Shown here in pieces: positions 33,992 through 45,745 of a stretch of DNA of 64,000 nucleotides. How positions within the stretch are numbered: the first letter of the stretch is position 1; each line of letters opens with the position of its first letter. The notes under the pieces were generated by a model. The model saw nothing but the letters and a program-made list of their open reading frames with translations, made no database searches and had not been told where the DNA came from. A program made the translations under genes and the position numbers. This DNA is from Antechinus flavipes (lineage: Eukaryota): positions 580,568,001 through 580,632,000 of the forward strand of contig NC_067399.1 of the NCBI RefSeq assembly GCF_016432865.1, written 5' to 3'.

Positions 33992-35520
33992 TAGTGGCAG
34001 TGACAAGTGAGTCAATGCCTTATAGGGAATGTGGCCATATTCATTGGCTGAAGGATGAGGGAGACTCCTGACTGGTTTTCAGTGACTGGATGATAGGCCA
34101 AAACTCAAAGTAGATAACTATTAAAACTGAGCTGACTGGCTTGCTTAATCTTAGCCACCCCACCTCACCCCAAGCCAAACCTTTTCCATGTTCAGACAAC
34201 AGGCCAGAAAGCAGCAGAAAGAACTTGTGTTTGGGGGCAAAGAAGGAATTCTGGGTATGCTTAGAGTCTCCTCTGAGGAGGGATGGCCTTGGATTAGGAA
34301 GCTAATGGGGGCTCCAGAAGCTCACCTATAGAATTCTGAGTATAGTTCTGGGACTGGAAACCTGATGGTATATTTTCCTAGCACAGGAGATAGCAATTGC
34401 TGAGAAAATGATCAGATACCTACAGAAAAACAACCGAAGCATACATGATTGCCCACGTGGTTTGAGAAGGGAGTTTACATTCCTGAACATGAGCCTCCTG
34501 CATAGAGGGGTATTGGGGAATGGAGTGTTCAATTTTCTAGGCAAATGTTACACCAGAAACTTGTTTAAACAAAGAAGTATAATTTTCTGGGAAGTACCAG
34601 CTTTCAGGTTGCCTTATAAGTGATTCCAAGTTTAAAAGTCCTAGAATCCAGTCTTCTCATTTGAAAAGAGGAGTTGCTTAGACTACAAGTTCCTAGAATT
34701 CAGCCTTCTAGGCAAAGAGTGGAAATTACTTTGAAAGTAACATCAAGGTTGAGTTGGGGGATTTGGTTAACTGGATACCATATTTCTTAGAGAAAAATCC
34801 CTTTGTGGTTACAGAAACAGTACAAGTACTAAAGCCACATCGTTTTAAGGTAGACTCCAAAAGATCAGAGCTCCTATTCTTACAGTGAATTATTCAAACA
34901 ATACAGGCCTTATGGCAAAGGATTACTTGTTCAGTAGCCCCAAAAGTGATTGTCTTCCATGGGGAGTCTAATTCCTGGAATTGTATTAAAATCTTGGGAT
35001 GAACTATATAGGACTCAGAGGAATTTCATTAGACTATCAAAGGACTATTTGGATAGCAACCTCAATTAGAATGTTTTTAATATTTTCTTTTCTTTCTTTT
35101 TAAAGCTTGGAGATTTTTTTATTCTTTCTTTTTTTCAGTTCCAAATTATCTCCTTCCTCTGTCTCTCACCCATGGTGAAGGCAAGAAAAACCAAAACCCA
35201 TTATAAATATGTAAAAGCATGCAAAACAAATTTCTATATTAGCCATATTAAAAAAAAGAAGCAAGAAAAAGGGGAAAAAAATTCCATCTGCACTCTGAGT
35301 CAATAAGTTGTTTATTTGGAGTTGGTTAACATGTTTCATTATGGATCCTTGGAAATGTCATGGGTCATTGTATTGATCAGATTTAGTCTTTGAAAAATTG
35401 GTTAGTTTTGTAATATTTTTGTAACTGTGTAGATTATTCTCCTGATTCTGCATACTTTATTTTGCATCAGTTCATATGAGGTCTTCCCAAATTTTTCTGA
35501 AATCATCCCTTTCATCATTT

Positions 35521-35521
35521 T

Positions 35522-35553
<32 letters not shown>

Positions 35554-35686
35554 TTGCTGAGGCAATTGGGGTTAGTGACTTGCCCAGGGTCTCACAACTA
35601 GGAAGTGTTAAGTGTCTGAGGCCAGATTTGAACTAAGGTCCTCCTGACGTCAGGGCTGATGCTCTATCCACTAATCTAACTGCCCC
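35521..35686 (-). mobile_element. Marsupial tRNA-derived SINE (WSINE1/SINE1-type)
   Basis: Poly(T), gctgaggcaattggggttagtgacttgcccaggg...ctgcccc, and an imperfect TSD tccct(t)tcatcattt / tcccttcctcattt. Confidence 0.85.
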
Positions 35687-36229
35687 TCCCTTCCTCATTT
35701 CTTATGACACAATAGTATTTCATCACATTCATATACCATAATTTGTTCAGCCATTCCCCAATTGATGGACATCAATTATAAATATTTTTATACATATGGA
35801 TACTTTCCCCTTTTTTGATTTCTTTTGGGAATGGAGCTAGTGATGGTATTAGTTCAAATGGTATGCTCAGTTTAATAACTTTTTGGAGATAGTTCCAGAT
35901 TTTTTTCTAGAATGGAGTTCATAGCTCTGCTAATAGTGCATTAGTGTTCCTGTTTTCCCACATCCTTCTAGCATTTGTCATATTCCATTTTTGTCACTTT
36001 AGCCAATCTGATGGGTATGGGGTAATACCTCAGAGTTATTTTAATGGGCATTTCTTTACTCCTAGTGATGCAGAACATTGTTTTTCACATGGCTACAGAT
36101 TGTTTTGATTTCTTCCTTTGAAAGCTGCCCATTCAACCTCTCAGATTTGTGGAGGAGGAAGGAATTTGTGACCAAAGAAGAACTAGAAACCATTACTGAT
36201 CACAAAATAGAAAATTTTGATTACATTAA

Positions 36230-36633
36230 TGTTAGGGGTCACGGCCCTAACTCCGAGTGGAACAGCCCTCATGTGACCAGCACTGCCTGTCCACCTGAAA
36301 TGGTGAAGACTGTGAGCAATGAGGGGCGAGAGCCAAAGCGGTGTGAAACTCCATGTGTTACAAAGACTGCAGGTGCTTTTATCATCCTGGTGCTTGTTTC
36401 TAGTTATTACTTTATACGTAATCACATCCTAGCCTATAGTAGATACATGATTCTCTACCAGAAGCTACATATAGATATATTGTGTGCATTCCTTTCCTAA
36501 TAAGGATATTCAAGGTACTCCTCTCTAAGGTCTGGCACGCCTTTCCTGGGAACTGCCACATTGCTCCTTAGGGTGGGACCCCCTTCCTCCCAGCGCCATC
36601 TTGTCACCCTCTTACAATTCCCCCTTTTTGTTT
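36230..36633 (-). mobile_element. ERV 3' LTR (387 bp, 36616-36230) with adjacent polypurine tract
   Basis: The minus strand reads PPT AACAAAAAGGGGGAAT, then TGTAAG...CTAACA (5/6 terminal inverted repeat), with an internal TATAAAG. Confidence 0.8.
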
Positions 36634-37837
36634 ATATGACAAACCTCAGTCACCTCAGGCCCCTGTTCCCTCAAGGTTCTGTTTTGCTTCTGAGAACTGC
36701 CTTTCTTACTCTGCCTTCTCTCTTATCCTTTATTCCTTTTTCACTTACTTTCCCTCTCACTTTTGTTAAGTAAGATAAATTTCTGTATCCATCTGTAAGT
36801 GTATGTGTATTCTTCCATACTTGAATGAGTTCAGATAAAGTGAGGTTCAAGTCTTCACTCTCCTACATCATCTCTTCTATTATACAAACTTTTCTTTGAG
36901 TATCCTACTTATGTGAGATAATTTCTCCCATTCTTTTTCTCTTTCTCCCTTTTCCAGAGTATTCATCTTTTTCACCTTCCATTCTTTTTAAGATTATCCC
37001 AACAGAACAGAATTATGTCCAGGCACTCTGTCCAATTAAACTCTCTCTAATATACCTAGTGATAATAAAGTTCTGAGGTATCCTCTTTCCATGTAAGACT
37101 GTAAATGGTTTAGATTTATTTTAGTTCCTTATAATTTCTCAATTCTTAGACTTTTCTTGAGTTCTGTGTTTTAATGTGAGATTTTTTTATTTAGCTCTGG
37201 TTTTTTCATCTGGAATGCTTGAAAGTCCTCTATTTCAGTAAATATTTATTTTTCTCTTTTGGTATTGAACTCAGTTTTTCTAGGTTATTCTTGTTTGGAA
37301 TTCAAGATTCTTTGCAAAGAAGCTAATCAGTTGCAAAAAGTGCTTTATGCTTTGGGTATCTAGTTACAAGTCACGTTAACAAGCATTCATTAGTCACCTA
37401 ATATGTACTAGGCACTGGACATTAAAAAAAAAAAAAAAAGCAAAAAACAGCCCCTGATCCTAAAGAACTTCCTGTCCAATGGGGAGGTATGTAAAGTATG
37501 TATAGACAAGTACATGCAAGATGAATTGGAGATAATCTCAGAGGGGAGGGTTAAGGATGATAAGTAAAACTTTGTAGAAAATGGTTCTTGAATGAAGCCA
37601 GGAGGTAGAGAAGAAGAGAAAGAGCATCGCAGGTATAAGAGATGGCTTGGGAAATAACCCAATGTTTGGACATGGAATATCTTGTTGAGGCACAACTCTA
37701 GATCAGAATATCTGCAAGGGGGGATAAAGTACAAGAAAACTAGACAGGTAGGAAAATGTCCAATTGTGAAAGGTTTTACAAGCACATTCCTATGACTCCT
37801 TTTCATCTTCTTCATTTTCTGTGGGTTAAAATAAAAG

Positions 37838-37988
37838 TTTTGTTTTGTTTTTGTTTTTTACAAAGCAATGGAGTTAAGTGACTTGCCTGACATCCCACAG
37901 TTAGTAACTGTCAAGTATTTGAGGCTGGATTTGAACTCAGCTCCTCCTGACTCCCGACCAGTGCTCTATCTAATACACCGAATAGCTG
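37838..37988 (-). mobile_element. Marsupial tRNA-derived SINE
   Basis: (TTTTG)n tail followed by gagttaagtgacttgcc...gatttgaactcagctcctcctgactc. Confidence 0.8.
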
Positions 37989-39599
37989 TACTTCATCCCC
38001 CTTTTATGAACAATAAAGATTATTTTCCAATCAATACATAAGTTGCTGCGAGTATTTATATGGACACCCATTATCTATATTTGAAGATTTTCTTAGAGTA
38101 AACTCCTTATCAGGACACTAAGCTGTATAGAAATCACTCTTTAGTTCATCCCAAACCAGTCCATTTGAGCCAAGATGCCAGGGCCACTGGCTATACAAAT
38201 AAATACTGGATAATTAGACATTCAGCATTTGGGAGTTAGGTTGAACCAAACAGTTATTCTAACTTTTCTGTGACAAGGACAATAGGACGAGAAATTTCAG
38301 TTATCATCTAAATAATGACTTTGTGAATTATAAAGCATTTACTGATGACATAAGGGGTTATCGTGGTTTAGAAAGTACTCTGTAGAATTATCTAGATTTG
38401 TTAATAATAAATGGTACAAGAAAACTCTAGTCCAGACACCTGGATCACCTGTACCTAGTGGGGACTTTGCAAAACAGACAATTATCTATCTTAACACTCT
38501 CTCCCAGGGCTGTTGCAAGAATCATATCTTAGAAAAAAAACTTTGAAAAGTATAAAGCACAGATTATAGGAATATATGTAGTTTGCACCCCAAATGCCTT
38601 CACCAAGAAATCTGATCCTTTTCTTTGCTGGGGCAGGGAGAGGACAGCTAGGTAGAATCTAGAAGAAAAAAAGGAGAGAAGCAGAGTAGTCAGGATATGA
38701 AAGAGAAGGGTCAGAAGTAGAACCAGAATTCCATCCCCTTCTTCCATAAGGAATAACAAAAAGTGTGTGCTTTGGATCTAGCTCGGACTTTAGCTAGAAT
38801 CAAAGGGTGTCTAAGCAAAATTCATGTCCTGAGCTGCATAAAGCTGGAATGGGTCTTTTTTGGGGAGAGGGGCCTTTTTTTTTTAACAGGTTCCTAGGAC
38901 CCTGCTCAGAAGCATATGAATCAGTCATCTCAGGCTCCAAGAGAGTCTTGAGGATGTGGCTACTGTAGACCCTACAGAAAAGTGGAAATGAGGACTACAA
39001 GAAAATTTCCCCTAGCCCATGGAAGAGAGGAGAGTTTGGCCCCTTAGACCACAACCCTCTTGGTCCCTCTTTCCTTCACCCCCATTAGACAGGGAGAGAA
39101 ACTTTGACTTCAATCCCTTTATTTCACTTTTAGATACATGAGCCATACAGAACACACTTATAAAATATAATGGGAAACACTTGAAGTTAGTCCAGCCTAA
39201 GGCCTACAGAGGTGGGAAAGGAGTGGGTCATTTATTGTAACATCAGCTCATAAGAAAGATCCTCTGCTTCTCAGCAGAGGCCCCGAGTCATCTAAATTCA
39301 GGACTGCCATAGCCAATAAAAACATCTGAGACATAGGATGAGGGAAAGAAAAAACAGGAGAGCTTGGGCATGGGTGGGTCCTGGATTCCTTTAAAAGGTT
39401 AAGAGAAGTCTAAACCTCTTCGTAATTCTCCCTTCCTTCTCTTGGTCCCCAGGACTCTAGAGAGTTCCCCATAGTAGTGGGGTATATCCAACCGTCAGGG
39501 AAGTGGGAAAGGGGATAGGATCTCAGTAAATGTAGGAAGGTACAAATAGTCTCCCTCCTGAGAGGTGCTTTAAGCAATCCTCAGATATTTCTTCTGATA

Positions 39600-39605
39600 T
39601 TTATT
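39600..39605 (-). terminator. Candidate poly(A) signal of C10orf95
   Basis: AATAAA on the minus strand about 47 nt after the stop codon. Confidence 0.5.
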
Positions 39606-39651
39606 CATTTTCAAAATCCCAGAATAGATGGGCCCCGATGGCTGATCTCCC

Positions 39652-40275
39652 TCAGCTCTGGTTTCTTCTGTTGCCTTCCGCCTCTTCCTCGCCTCTGCTG
39701 ACCTCTGCCTCGATTCCACTGTTGGGGGGGACAGGGGTGCCCCTCACCACCCTCCTCTCCACTCGGTACTCCTGTTGCCCCACACGGGGCTTGCCCCGTA
39801 CTAGGAACTCTCCATCTTGGTAGGTGATATGCACTTCTGTGTAAGGGTAAGTCCCATACACTCGGAGCAGATCATCCCGGACAAAGTCTGGCAGCTCCTT
39901 GATTGGACTCCAACAACGATTTATTCTCCCCCATCGGAGTTCCCCAGAAAAGAAGCTGCCCTCAGACCACACTTCCTGGGATTGCCCGGCCAATCCTGGT
40001 CTTGCCTGGGGGTAAGATGCACCACTCCCATAGGAGAGGTGGTAGAACACCGGGTGCTCCAAGGGCCAGACTGGGTACTGGCAGGGGTAGCCCAGAGGGC
40101 AGAACCAAGCAGCCAAGTCCTGGCTCCTCGCCTGATCACCTGCCGATGGTGGCAGAGGCTGACTATTAAAGTTGTGCAGCGGCATGGGGGGCCACACCAC
40201 TGGGCCAGGCATGTAGGTATAGGCAAAGACTTGTGGCTGGGCGCCCTGAGATGGCAAGTAGCCGAACGGATACAT
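39652..40275 (-). CDS. C10orf95: C10orf95 homolog, uncharacterized protein (207 aa, single coding exon)
   Basis: ACCATG start. The C-terminal block ELRWGR...LPDFVR..L.RVYGTYP..V matches the recalled human C10orf95. Syntenic position; acceptor at 40346. Confidence 0.85.
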   Translation of the reverse strand: MYPFGYLPSQGAQPQVFAYTYMPGPVVWPPMPLHNFNSQPLPPSAGDQARSQDLAAWFCPLGYPCQYPVWPLEHPVFYHLSYGSGASYPQARPGLAGQSQEVWSEGSFFSGELRWGRINRCWSPIKELPDFVRDDLLRVYGTYPYTEVHITYQDGEFLVRGKPRVGQQEYRVERRVVRGTPVPPNSGIEAEVSRGEEEAEGNRRNQS

Positions 40276-41516
40276 GGTCCAAGCCCCTCACACTGCCGGT
40301 GCTTCACTGCATTGCCTCAGACCTGTGTCTGTATCTCCTCTGGAGCTGGGGGCAGGAGGAGAAAGGGTCAGGAATAAAGCTCAAAGGAGGCCTTGTTTCT
40401 CCCCGCCCTCCCTCCCCCCTCAGAGTTATCAATATCCTGGATACCAGAATCACAAGAGAGCTCAGATTTATGCTGCCCTCTCTCCAAGGGGCCAATAGGG
40501 CAGCCCTTCCCACCTCTATCCAACCACCCCAGGCTCACACCTCGTTATCTTCAATGAGACCACCCTATTCCCCAATCCACTAATTCAGCCCCACAAGCAC
40601 ACTCAGAGAAATGATCCCTTTTTACACAGAAGAGGAGCTTGAGAGCCTCTTCCTTCTTTTTCTTGAGGGAGGAAAAAGAACATTTGCCCTTTTCCTATTG
40701 TCCCACCCCTTATTTCACACCCCCTTATACTCACCAGTTTTTATGAGTCTAGCTGTGATTTCAGCGTGTGTGAGGGGAAAAGTCCTTGATACTGGCCTTG
40801 GAACTGTTATCCCTTCCCTCCTCCTTGTCTGGGGCTCTTTCCCTTATTCCCTTTGCCAGGTCATACTAAGCTTAGTCCCTCCCACTTTGCCTGTTACTAG
40901 GCAAAGAGAAACAGTTCTAAGCCTAGGTGTATGTCTATAAACACAGACAAGTATATATACACACACCTACAACTGGCTGGGACCCACCTCTGGGTTGATG
41001 TCCTAATTTCCCTACATTCCCCAGGAATTCCTTCCCTTGTCCTTTCATCCAGCACTTCTCTCCTTATAACCATCAGGGGTCAGCCTTTTTTTCACCCATT
41101 TAAGGCTTGGGGTTTTTTGGGGGGGGACTATAAGTTTTTGAAACTGATGGCTCTTTCCTCAGAGTGTTTTTAAAATCATAAAATAATTCATATAAGATCA
41201 CAAAAGAAACTAATTATACTGAAATAGAATTATCAAAATATTTTTAAAAGCAAATTCATTGACCCCATGCAACCTATCCAAGGATATAGAATTGATATTA
41301 TAATTTATCATTCTTTTGCCATATTCAAGGCTAGGCCTTTGTTCTTCAGCAGTTGGAATATCACCAACTTCAGATGATTTCTTCTTTTTCCTACCTATCA
41401 GACTTCTAACTCAGAGTACTGCTGGTAAAAAAAAAAAAAATGCTAAAAGAAAAAAGTGTGCAGGACACACTTCTTAAGTTTAGTTTGCATTACCAAAATT
41501 TTTCTCCATCATTTTT

Positions 41517-41663
41517 TGGGAGAGGGGGTTGTTTTTGGTGAGGCAGTTGGATTAATTTGCCCTGAGTCACACAGCTAGTAAATGTTGTGTCTGAGACTGC
41601 ATTTGAATTTAGCTCCTCCTGACTTCAGGGCCAGTGCTCTATCCACTATGCCATTTACCTGCC
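41517..41663 (-). mobile_element. Marsupial tRNA-derived SINE
   Basis: gaggcagttggattaatttgccctgagtcacacagctagt...ctatccact...cctgcccc. Confidence 0.8.
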
Positions 41664-41678
41664 CCTCCATTACTTTTT

Positions 41679-41833
41679 TTTTTTTTTTTTAATTTTTTAT
41701 TTAATAATTACATTATATTGACACTCATTTCTGTTCCGATTTTTTTTTCCCCTCCCTCCCTCCACCCCCTCCCCTAGATGGCAAGCCGTCCTTTATATGT
41801 TGGATATGTTGCAGTATATCCTAGATACAATAT
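41679..41833 (-). mobile_element. 5'-truncated young L1 3' tail with 15-bp TSD
   Basis: Perfect TSD CCTCCATTACTTTTT at 41664-41678 and 41834-41848. Confidence 0.9.
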
Positions 41834-41959
41834 CCTCCATTACTTTTTAAAGTTTAGACAATCAATCAAGAAATACATGAAGTCTTGATTTATAGCTATT
41901 ACCCATTTCCAGGGTAAAAATCCTCACACTGAAAATTTAACAGTCAGTTTCTATGAACC

Positions 41960-42360
41960 TTTTTGAGATGTTTTTATATTCCTACCTCCATACTAGTTCT
42001 ATTCACCCTTCAAGGCCCTACCTCTGCCAGGAAACTTTCCATAGGCTTATACTTATCGCTATCTTCTCTGTTCCTACAGTTTCTGCTATCTATATCTCTC
42101 ACTAGGCCCTTATTATATAAAACCTTGGACTGTTTTATTTTTCTCACAAAACTCCCTTCCTCTAGTCCCATTCTGTCCTGCCAAGCTCTGTTGCTCTTGC
42201 CTCCCCAACATCTCCTGCCTTTATCTTCTTTTTACTTGTGTTATCACAATCCTAGTTAAGATGGGCTCTCATTTCCTGTTTGGACTACGATATCAGTCTT
42301 CTAATTGGTCTCCTATCTCTAATTCTTTCCCTCGCCTATCTTCCATATAATGTTGCTAAG
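41960..42360. mobile_element. L2 fragments
   Basis: Decayed L2-like text (cttggactacgatatcagtcttctaattggtctcct). Family name from recall. Confidence 0.5.
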
Positions 42361-42369
42361 ACTCTCATT

Positions 42370-42465
42370 CTCTGTGTAGCTCTCTGTCTCTGTGTCTATG
42401 TGTGTGTCTCTCTCTCTTTCTGTCTCTGTCTCTCTCTATCCCTGTGTCTCTGTCTCTATCTCTTT

Positions 42466-42500
<35 letters not shown>
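42370..42500. repeat. Compound (CT)/(CA)n microsatellite
   Basis: Seen directly. Confidence 0.95.
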
Positions 42501-42502
<2 letters not shown>

Positions 42503-45500
42503 CTTTGGTGTCTCTCTCCATACATGTACACATTCATACATCCCCACACAGCACCTTCTTCTTCAAACTCTTTCTGGAACACCACAGTAGCTTATATAAT
42601 GAAGACAGAGGTGCTTTCCATCACTATTTGTACAATCTACTCTCACTTCCCCACACATATACACATACATTTGTACTTCCTCTATTTATTTCTCACAAGA
42701 TTGTCTGCAGCAATGATGAACACCAGGGTCGACCCCTCCCCACCAGCAGACACCCACTTTGACTTTTCCCTCTCCTGCCCACATTGGGCAGCTAAGTGGC
42801 ACTTGGATAGCACCCAGACTCAGAAGACTTGAGTGATGGTCATGAATTTTGATCTCAAATGGACCTTGGAAAGTCCAAAGATCTCATTTTAATGATGAGG
42901 AAACTAAGGTCAGAAGAGAGGAAAATATTTGCTCAAAATAACATAGCAGTTGTTACAATTCAAATTCTAATCCTTATTAGGTATGAAATGCTGTCCTCAG
43001 TTTTTTCATCTGTTAAATGTGGTAAACAGTGTTTGTAACACCTACCTTAAAGAGTTGTTGTAAATGATTTTAACCATCTGATCTGACTGGACTGCATTTA
43101 TAAGAGTACAACCTCTTCCAGTTGCCAGCAACCTTTGCTCCTCATACTCCCTGAAGAAAAAGATAATTAACCAGTCATTCCCCTTATTCTTAGGTAGGGA
43201 GTTGAGGTGAAGATTACTAAAAGAAGAAGGCCTCAGGCCAAGAATGTCATACTCTAATGCATTGTAGTAAGATTCCTGGAAAGATGTCATAATTCAGGTT
43301 TTACCACAAACCTCCCATAGGATAGTGAACAAATCCCTTTACCTCTTTGGGCCTCAGTTTTCTCATCTATAAAAAATAAAAAAGATGTTCCCCCACAATA
43401 TTGTGGATTAAATGAAATCATGGCTCTGAAAAGTTTTTGTAAACCTAAAATATCTCAGAGATGTGAAAGGGATTGTTATTGCTATAGTATGTATTGTTCA
43501 GCAATGTCTAAAGATACTGGAATGGTTTGCCATTTCCTTCTCCAGCTCATTTTACAGATGAGGAAACTGAGACAAACAGGATTAAGTGACTTCCTGATTC
43601 TAGGCTTGGTACTCTACCCACTGTGCCACTTAGCTACCCTCTATACTTTCCACATCATGATGGTGGGTGGGGTATAGGCATAGAACTCCCAAAGGTCTGG
43701 AAAATCTTCATAAAAATTTCTAGCCCTCCCTTCATATTAGAGAAGAAATCTGGATTTTTTTTTCCTTTGGAATGTTTATAGTAACTTATTGTAAAATTTG
43801 GGTTTTGGTCATATTTTGGTCATAGGATCTATGTCATCTGCTATTGTCTATGGCTTCTTAAAAACTTTTCCCAAATTTACCTTTAATTTTTTAATGCTGA
43901 TTCACAATATAGGGGAAACAAGATGGGGAAAGTTGTTATGTGAAAGGGATAACTGCAGAGTATAGCTGAGCGTCTAAATGCCTGTCTTATGTTTCTATGT
44001 GTGTCTCTTGTGTGTCTGAGCTTGTGTCAGTATTTGGTTTTTAGTATGTGCTTCTGTTTGTATGGTTAAAGATTTTTGGTTTTGTTTTTTGTCTATTGCT
44101 TTCATAGAATTTAGAAACGGAAGAGATTGTAGAAATTGTTTAATTCAACCTTTCCTCTCACTACCCCACCCATGCCTTTTTATAGCCACCAAAAACTAAG
44201 CTTGGTTTGGTGATTTGCTCATAGACGCACAAGCAAGAGCCTTAGATTTGAAAATGAGTCACTAACACTACATCATTCTGGTTGGATGATGCTAACAATA
44301 GCAACAAGAAGAAGAATGAACATTTATACAGTGCCTTAAGGCTTGCAAAGCACTTTAGAAATATGTCATCTTATACCCTCTGCCTGCCCCACTCCTAAGG
44401 CTCTAAAGCAATTCTTTATTGTCTTCAGCAAAATCTGTGTTGACTTAAATGGATTTACAAGATAGAGAGAGCCAGATTCCACCATTTACCCTCATCTGGT
44501 CTTCCAACTTGGTTCTAGGATTCAGAAAAAGGAATAAACAATGTAATAAATGGTAACAATGTGATAGTCTATGAACATTGCACATACTTCCCAGGCTTAG
44601 TTGGGGTGTGTGCATTAGCTAAATTACTCCCTTTTTTTCTCAGAAGTGAGTCAGGTATAAGGAGATTGGTCAGGAGCAGGACTTAAAGGCTTTGAAAACC
44701 TTATTTATATTTGATACTAGAGGGGAGCCACAAGAGTTTATGGAATAGCAGGGTAACATATCAGAACTGCTCTTTAGGAAAATTAATTTGACAGATGATG
44801 GAGTGGAGTGGTGCAAGACTTGAGACAGAGACCAATCAAAAGGCCTATCACAATAATGCAAGTGTGAGATGATGAAGGTCTACACCAACTAAAAAGGAGA
44901 GAAGGAGACAGGAGAAGAAGCAGAAAAAGAGGCAGGAGGGAAAGAAGGAGGAGGAGAGAAGAAGCAGAAGAGGCAGGAGGAGGAGAAGAAGATTATGTTG
45001 ATTCTTTAAGGAAGTCACAGTCTGGATGGAGAAACAAAACATACATACATGGAAGAACTAGATAGAATGGAGGAGAAAATGCAGGTAGGAAGAAACTGAC
45101 TTTCAATCTAAATTTTATCCATACCTTAAGGTTCAGCTTGAGCTCCATTTTGTTCTAGAAGTTATCTTTCCTGTCACTCTGGCTCTATGATCTTTGAGCA
45201 AGTGAGAACAGAACTCCAATTTGCACCACTCATTCTCTAGAGTATTTAATTAAATACTGTTTCATGTTGGAAGATTTCCTTTGTGTCTCCTTGCTACATC
45301 ATGGATTTAGATACAATGTAGATAAACAATTACCCTCATACAATCTCCAATGTGGTGTACAAAACATTATATTAGGAATCAAGAGCCCTGGATTCTAGCC
45401 CTACTTTTGACACTAATCTACTGGTGTAATAATGTTATCTGTTGTGAGTTGCATTTCATTAGTTTGAATTTGTTTTATAAACGAATGCTTAGTATTTTTT

Positions 45501-45574
45501 TAATTTATTGATATCTTTTCCTTTTACATTGCCTTCATTTCTGAATATATCCTTTTCCCTCTCCTCCCCAGCAT

Positions 45575-45745
45575 NNNNNNNNNNNNNNNNNNNNNNNNNN
45601 NNNNNNNNNNNNNNNNNNNNNNNNNNNNNNNNNNNNNNNNNNNNNNNNNNNNNNNNNNNNNNNNNNNNNNNNNNNNNNNNNNNNNNNNNNNNNNNNNNNN
45701 NNNNNNNNNNNNNNNNNNNNNNNNNNNNNNNNNNNNNNNNNNNNN
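45575..45745. other. N gap (171 nt) inside an L1 3' UTR remnant
   Basis: Run of n. Confidence 1.

Larger units (their letters stand above)
35090..37330 (-). mobile_element. Old L1-derived element (3' UTR, ORF2 end, spacer, ORF1 C-terminus) carrying nested insertions
   Basis: Reverse-strand L1 3' UTR, a decayed ORF2 end at 35990-36130, and a reverse ORF1 C-terminal remnant at about 37170-37320. Confidence 0.7.

Noticed and set aside
34730-35010. Interrupted frame ending ...ITCSVAPKVIVFHGESNS, faintly like a class C GPCR (V2R) extracellular motif
   Set aside because: The similarity is a few residues only, the frame has stops, and the flanks do not align. A TBLASTN/HMMER hit would be needed.
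39817-40377. 186-aa plus-strand ORF over C10orf95
   Set aside because: Antisense shadow with no independent support.
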